A stretch of 64,000 nt of DNA, taken from the NCBI GenBank assembly GCA_964455525.1, contig CAYVWR010000006.1:261388-325387 (forward strand). The letters run 5' to 3'. Of the stretch, positions 59,391 to 64,000 are shown in pieces. Under the pieces are notes generated by a model, which worked only from the letters and a program-made list of their open reading frames with translations, was not told where the DNA came from and did not search any database. The position numbers and the translations under genes were made by a program. This DNA is from an uncultured Alphaproteobacteria bacterium (GTDB taxonomy: Bacteria; Bacteroidota; Ignavibacteria; OLB7). Numbering within the stretch: the first letter of the stretch is position 1; every line of letters starts with the position of its first letter.

Positions 59391-61535
59391 CTACTCCGAC
59401 TTTACAAGCCTGCCACCATGGATGGCTCCATCCACCTCGATGCGATAGAAATATATCCCAGAAGCAAGCCCCTGCCCATCTATATGAAACCGGTGTTCTC
59501 CGGCGTCGAGGGTTCCCCTGAACAGGACACGCACTTCACGGCCAAGAGGATCGAGTAGCGATATGCGAGCCTGCCTCTCTCCGGCTGTTGTAAAGCGTAT
59601 GCTTGTCCCATCGCGGAACGGATTGGGAGCCGAGGCAACACCCCACGTATGTGCCCGCGATTCATCCACACCGCTCTGCCCTCCCCCGAGCATCGAAACC
59701 GGGGCACGCCAGACACTCTGCCCGGTACTGCCGCCAACCAGAAAATCTCCTGAGCTGACGAAGTGGAACAGAAGCAATCCCGACGGAATAGAGGCAACGG
59801 TGTTCCATTTGCCGCCTCTGTATGCGTAGACCGTATAGACCATGACGCTGGCCTGGAGGTCCGGCTCGGCAACGGTGACAAGCGGAATACCATTGATGAT
59901 GGCAAACCCCAGAATGCTCGCCTCGCCATTAAACGAGCCGATATCGGCAGACCAGTTGTGGCCATCGACCGAGCGATAGATCTTATGGTCGGAAGCAGCA
60001 TACAACGTGTCATCCCAGACAGCCAGATGATTTTTCCAATGATAGCCGGTCAGCATAACATTCGCCCTGCTCCAGCTTTCCCCCTGATTCAACGAATAAT
60101 AAAGCCCATCGGTTGTAATCGCCACCACCCTGTGCCCAGAAGCCACAAGTTTGAGCACTGGCACATGCTCACCATTGGCATAAGGAAGCCCTGCACCGGT
60201 CGCCTGCCAGGAAGCACCGCCATCGCTTGAGCGGAATAATCCTCCCCCGGACCAGCCCTCGGTAGAACCGATGAAAGCGCCTTCGCCTGATCCGAGATAG
60301 AGATAGCCGTTGGCCGAGGCAACGGTGTTTGCAGCGGTCTGCATGACGCTCAATCCCTGTATGGAATCGGTCCAGTTGATTCCCCCATCCAGGGAGCGAT
60401 AGATGGAACGCACCCCCTCACCAGCAACAAGCGCAACAACAGTGTCGCCCGAGCCGCCCATCCCCTTTGTATAGTAGGGAAGGACTCGCGACCACTCGTC
60501 GCCGTTATCACTGGAACGATAGATTCCTCCCGGCGTGGCAGCCAGAATTGCAGCATCGACACGGTTCAGCGCAACGATATCCTGAAGTTTGAGATCGCTG
60601 CTGAGCGAAGTCCATTGTATCGGGCGCTCATCCTTCAACTGATTTGTAAACAGCCCTGATTCGCTCCCCATAAACACGGTGGTCATTGCCGACGGCCCAT
60701 TGTATGCAGCCAGAACATTGCCAGGCTCCTCGCTTATCTTCTGCCACACGCCGGACTCGAATCTATAAACCCCCTCAGGCGTGGCCAACCAGGGACGTCC
60801 TCCGATCATAGAGATATCCGAGATCATATACCCCCCATCCTCGCCAACCGACAACCCTTCATTTGTGCGGGTCCAGTTCTCTCCGCGATCGGTGGAACTA
60901 TAGACGCCATGGTAAAAAAGCGACGCAACCACGGTATCGCCGTTCGCAGCCCACGCCGAGATGCCGGCCGTTGCAGGAAGCCCCACACCGATCACCTTCC
61001 AGCTTACACCATGATCGGTCGAGACCTGGAGCACATCATCACCGCTCACCCCTCCAACATGGGCGAGCAGCGCTGTCCGGGTTGCCAGCATAGTGTTGAT
61101 ATACAGCCCATTAACCCGGCCACTCTTCTCCCAGCTTGCCCCCTCGTCGCTAGAACGATAGATATCGGTTCCCATGCTCAGAAAGATATCGGTGCCATTG
61201 TCGGTCATCTCCCACACGATCCCGCTCAGCCCTGTCGAGGTCCAGACCTTGCCACCATCAACCGACCGGATGAGGCTTGAGGTCACCAGGTCGTCGATGA
61301 GCAGAACGTTGTTGAACCCGTAGATACAATGCGCATTGATGCTATCAATCGCGTTCCATCCGGTATCATCATACCGCATCAGTCCCATCCTGGCAATGCT
61401 GGTGATAACAGCGGTCCCGTCGGTTGCAATCGAGCCGATTCTCACGCCGGTCGGGCCGGAACTCTGGGTCCATTGTGCCTGTACAGTTGTGCCAAGCATC
61501 ATCATCATTGCTACGATTTGTACATTCTTCATCAT
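59391..61535 (-). CDS. BNR/Asp-box repeat (sialidase/sortilin-like) beta-propeller protein with a T9SS C-terminal sorting domain
   Basis: At least 8 Asp-box motifs SxDxGxxW (RSVDGGKVW, RSSDEGASW, STDHGVSW, STDRGENW, RSLDGGINW, RSSDGGASW, SLNQGESW, RSVDGHNW). C-terminal APNPFRDGTSIRF...GIYFYRIEV... T9SS tail. Start at the internal ATG (residue 29). Confidence 0.7.
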   Translation of the reverse strand: MMKNVQIVAMMMMLGTTVQAQWTQSSGPTGVRIGSIATDGTAVITSIARMGLMRYDDTGWNAIDSINAHCIYGFNNVLLIDDLVTSSLIRSVDGGKVWTSTGLSGIVWEMTDNGTDIFLSMGTDIYRSSDEGASWEKSGRVNGLYINTMLATRTALLAHVGGVSGDDVLQVSTDHGVSWKVIGVGLPATAGISAWAANGDTVVASLFYHGVYSSTDRGENWTRTNEGLSVGEDGGYMISDISMIGGRPWLATPEGVYRFESGVWQKISEEPGNVLAAYNGPSAMTTVFMGSESGLFTNQLKDERPIQWTSLSSDLKLQDIVALNRVDAAILAATPGGIYRSSDNGDEWSRVLPYYTKGMGGSGDTVVALVAGEGVRSIYRSLDGGINWTDSIQGLSVMQTAANTVASANGYLYLGSGEGAFIGSTEGWSGGGLFRSSDGGASWQATGAGLPYANGEHVPVLKLVASGHRVVAITTDGLYYSLNQGESWSRANVMLTGYHWKNHLAVWDDTLYAASDHKIYRSVDGHNWSADIGSFNGEASILGFAIINGIPLVTVAEPDLQASVMVYTVYAYRGGKWNTVASIPSGLLLFHFVSSGDFLVGGSTGQSVWRAPVSMLGGGQSGVDESRAHTWGVASAPNPFRDGTSIRFTTAGERQARISLLDPLGREVRVLFRGTLDAGEHRFHIDGQGLASGIYFYRIEVDGAIHGGRLVKSE

Positions 61536-61769
61536 TGCATATCCTTTATAGAAGATCATCGAGCATAGCGGTCGGTGGCATGCAGTATCATAGATGAGAC
61601 AGCATGCCACCGACCGCACTCAGCTCTAATTTCGGTATATCACTTAACGTTTTCTGAACGTGATGGGAATCTGAGGTGGACCAACTGGAAACCGTGTGGC
61701 CAGGATGCACCAGGCCCGGAGCGCGCAACGGATGCCCGGCCTGGTGCATCCTGGATCGGGGCCACGCTT

Positions 61770-62129
61770 TCAGGCATCCATTGTCCGATCGAATGTTATC
61801 CAGATGACGCGGGAATAACGGAATATGGCGGGCACCCATGGCAGAAGCGATACACAGGTACCGATATACACCAACGGCTCCGGGAGATTGGGAAACAGAA
61901 GAAGCAACCCTGTAAGCGAAGCACCTACAACAAGCGAGGAGATGACATAGCTTATACACATGGCACCCATGAAATAGCCTGGCTCGCGCTCGAATTGCAG
62001 CAGACAAACCAGACAGCGCTCATTCATTGAAAAGAGTCCATGAAAGACCTTACCATGATGGCAGCGTGGGCATCGCAGATGAACAATCGCCCAGAAGGCA
62101 CCACGCGCACGTATATTCAGATGCGCCAT
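61770..62129 (-). CDS. DUF983-like zinc-ribbon membrane protein
   Basis: CPRCHHGKVF...CLVC zinc ribbon followed by two transmembrane helices. Confidence 0.5.
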   Translation of the reverse strand: MAHLNIRARGAFWAIVHLRCPRCHHGKVFHGLFSMNERCLVCLLQFEREPGYFMGAMCISYVISSLVVGASLTGLLLLFPNLPEPLVYIGTCVSLLPWVPAIFRYSRVIWITFDRTMDA

Positions 62130-62498
62130 AACTCAAGATGGGTAGAACCTGTTTTCAAAAGAGGACGGGATAACGAGAAGATCGGTTGAAGGAACCGGCG
62201 CCGAGCGAGCTGGTTCCCATCCGACGGCAGAATGCCGTGCAACGGTCCGATCATCGCGATCTGATGCAGCAAGCCACGACAAGGTAGCTATCAGACAGCT
62301 ACCGGAAAATTCCCCGGTACATTCCCATCTGGATAACGCTGTTCATCGGGCTGGAATGGGGGCAATTCTTTCCGTATCCTGCCGCACACCCGGGGTTTTG
62401 CGCACCTGACGAGAGAATCTGCTGGCACAATTCCGGACAGCGGCACTGATTACCGCCGCGATTGCTAACTTTGGCGCCAACAATTCACGGAGACAACC

Positions 62499-63011
62499 TT
62501 GAGGCAACGTATGAAGCACTTCCTACTCACAGCTTTTCTCACCTTATGTATGGTCGGCGGAGCTTCCGTCGCCACAGCTCAGGTCAATGGCGTCGGGATC
62601 GGGCCGAAGATCGGCCTGTACCTTGATGGCAGCCTTTTTATGCTTGGTGGCGTAGCACAGTTTCCCTTTACACAGACCTTCGATCTGGAACCAGGAGTGG
62701 AGCTGGTCTTCGGCGGCGGTTCGGCCAACGTCAGCGCAACCCGTGTCGTGCTCGACGCCAATGGCCGTTACTCCTTCAATATCCTGGGCAGTGATATCCG
62801 CCCCTTTCTCTCCGGCGGTGTGGGCCTAGTGCTGGACTTCATATCGACCCAAGGTGCAAGCGATACCAAAACGGATTTCCGCCTTAATGTCGGGGGGGGC
62901 ACCACGTTCAACTCACGTTCGCTGATTCAGCCCTGGGCTGGTCTGAAGATCGTTCTCCTGGCCGATCAGAGCGATGTTCTCCTCCAGGGAGGGGTAAATT
63001 TCTACCTCTAG
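62499..63011 (+). CDS. Small outer-membrane beta-barrel protein (OmpW/opacity-like)
   Basis: Signal peptide ...GGASVATAQ, alternating beta-strand pattern, and C-terminal NFYL aromatic end. Confidence 0.6.
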   Translation: MRQRMKHFLLTAFLTLCMVGGASVATAQVNGVGIGPKIGLYLDGSLFMLGGVAQFPFTQTFDLEPGVELVFGGGSANVSATRVVLDANGRYSFNILGSDIRPFLSGGVGLVLDFISTQGASDTKTDFRLNVGGGTTFNSRSLIQPWAGLKIVLLADQSDVLLQGGVNFYL

Positions 63012-63082
63012 CAGCCATGGCTATGAGGAAGCGGACGTTCACTTCCTTAAGCTGTCAGCAGATGCGACGGTCGCCAATGCAA

Positions 63083-63115
63083 AAAGCCTTTCCGGTTGGA
63101 AAGGCTTTTTCTTTT
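63083..63115. terminator. Bidirectional rho-independent terminator between convergent genes (AAAGCCTTTCC-ggtt-GGAAAGGCTTT plus TTCTTTT)
   Basis: Read directly from the sequence. Confidence 0.7.
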
Positions 63116-63245
63116 GGGCAGATGGCCGCTATGCCCAACCGGATGATACGTACTACCATATGGCTGCCGTGCAGCCTCTGCAAGCCACGATCGGCAGGGC
63201 AACGGCTTATAGGTCTTACAGCAGGCATTGCTCCAGCAGGAGCGA

Positions 63246-63977
63246 TTACCGCACCGGGAGCACTTCGGCGGTGATCGTAATCACCGCACGGACATCAACC
63301 GAACCCGGCTCCACAGGCATTCCTCCATCTGCGGCTCGATCGAGCTGCACCCGATTGCCGTAATAGAGCGGCATAGGCCCACCGGCAACACCCTCCTCTG
63401 CGCTCATAATCCTGCTCACCCGCATGCCAAGTGCTGCGGCGATGGTCTCGACCTTTGAACGAGCGGTCTCCGTTGCCTGACGAAGCGCGCGTGCGCGTGC
63501 CTCCCCCTGCTCCTTGAGCATAAAATTCACGCTCTGTATGATATTCGCACCAGCGTTGACCGCCGCATCGGCAATATTGCCCACCTTCTCCAATTTGCTC
63601 GTTTCCACCCGAACAATATTATACGCCTGATAGGTCTGGGCCTGCTCCTTGCCATCTACCGATCCACGATAATTCGGGCTGAGCGAATAGCTGATCGTTT
63701 TGATAGAAGCGCCATCGCCCAACTCCCTGCGAAGCACGGCCAGTATCTGGTTTACCTTCACCGCATTCTCACTCGCCGCCGTGGTCGCCGATATCGACTC
63801 GGTCATAACCCCGATGTCGATCTGCACTTGATCTGGCTGCGACGAAACGGTTGCCTCTCCTACCGCCTGGACAATCTGCATCGGTGGATTCGGCTGTGCA
63901 AGGGCTGCTGCCGACGTCATAAGCACAGCAGCAAGCGATACAAACGCACTTTTCCTGAGATCATACATCGCACCCAT
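63246..63977 (-). CDS. SIMPL-domain (DUF541/YggE-like) periplasmic protein
   Basis: Signal peptide. Overall pattern (...VSSQPDQVQIDIGV...AYNIVRVE...SVNFMLKEQGEARARALRQA...) matches SIMPL/26-kDa periplasmic immunogenic protein family. Confidence 0.7.
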   Translation of the reverse strand: MGAMYDLRKSAFVSLAAVLMTSAAALAQPNPPMQIVQAVGEATVSSQPDQVQIDIGVMTESISATTAASENAVKVNQILAVLRRELGDGASIKTISYSLSPNYRGSVDGKEQAQTYQAYNIVRVETSKLEKVGNIADAAVNAGANIIQSVNFMLKEQGEARARALRQATETARSKVETIAAALGMRVSRIMSAEEGVAGGPMPLYYGNRVQLDRAADGGMPVEPGSVDVRAVITITAEVLPVR

Positions 63978-64000
63978 ACATTTCTCCTTTATTCTACTTG

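Noticed and set aside
1-64000. CRISPR arrays, rRNA and tRNA genes
   Set aside because: No regularly spaced direct repeats with unique spacers were seen. I found no tRNA T-arm/acceptor consensus (GGTTCGAATCC-like followed by CCA context) or rRNA-like segments. A proper tRNAscan/Infernal run is still advisable.

Overview
This is a high-GC (about 60-65%) bacterial chromosomal segment. Several proteins end in Type IX secretion (T9SS) C-terminal sorting domains, and the division/cell-wall (dcw) cluster follows the Bacteroidetes/Chlorobi-type gene order. Both point to a member of the FCB group (Bacteroidota/Rhodothermota/Chlorobiota/Ignavibacteriota-like).

The backbone, 5' to 3':
- uppP, an Old Yellow Enzyme (OYE) flavin oxidoreductase and an LCP-family protein.
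- An envelope cluster: outer-membrane (OM) beta-barrel, TolB-like/OmpA fusion, giant tetratricopeptide-repeat (TPR) lipoprotein-like protein, beta-barrel, TonB.
- An APH(3')-like kinase, mdh, a secreted phospholipase D (PLD)/nuclease with a T9SS tail, a double-OmpA protein and an AlkC/D-like repair protein.
- A complete dcw cluster on the minus strand: mraZ-rsmH-ftsL-ftsI-murE-murF-mraY-murD-ftsW-murG-[hypothetical]-murC-murB-ftsQ-ftsA-ftsZ, immediately preceded by dnaX.
- A MalT-like LuxR regulator, diheme cytochrome c, an AraC regulator, two T9SS cargo proteins (PKD-like and BNR/Asp-box), a DUF983 protein, an OM beta-barrel and a SIMPL protein.

The most unusual part lies between the end of the dcw operon (ftsZ) and a secreted hypothetical gene. 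It is a heavily decayed IS1595-family transposase (truncated, at least two frameshifts) followed by an AT-rich island of about 3.4 kb (about 23.6-26.9 kb). The island carries a tightly coupled two-gene operon of unknown proteins (a roughly 150-160 aa Cys-rich protein plus a 423 aa protein), a convergent XRE-type helix-turn-helix (HTH) gene, and two further small unknown ORFs. I could recognise no homology for these proteins. This is my best candidate for an undescribed accessory or defence-like module.

Other unexplained sequence structures:
- A perfect 15-bp inverted-repeat pair about 160 bp apart, upstream of an OM protein gene.
- A 16-bp inverted repeat in a 525-bp intergenic region.
- A triple array of the 10-bp perfect palindrome GATGGCCATC directly downstream of dnaX.
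- GTGGG direct repeats (putative MraZ boxes) upstream of mraZ.

Coordinates of non-ORF features are from manual reading and may be off by 1-3 nt. Internal start codons were derived arithmetically from the ORF track.
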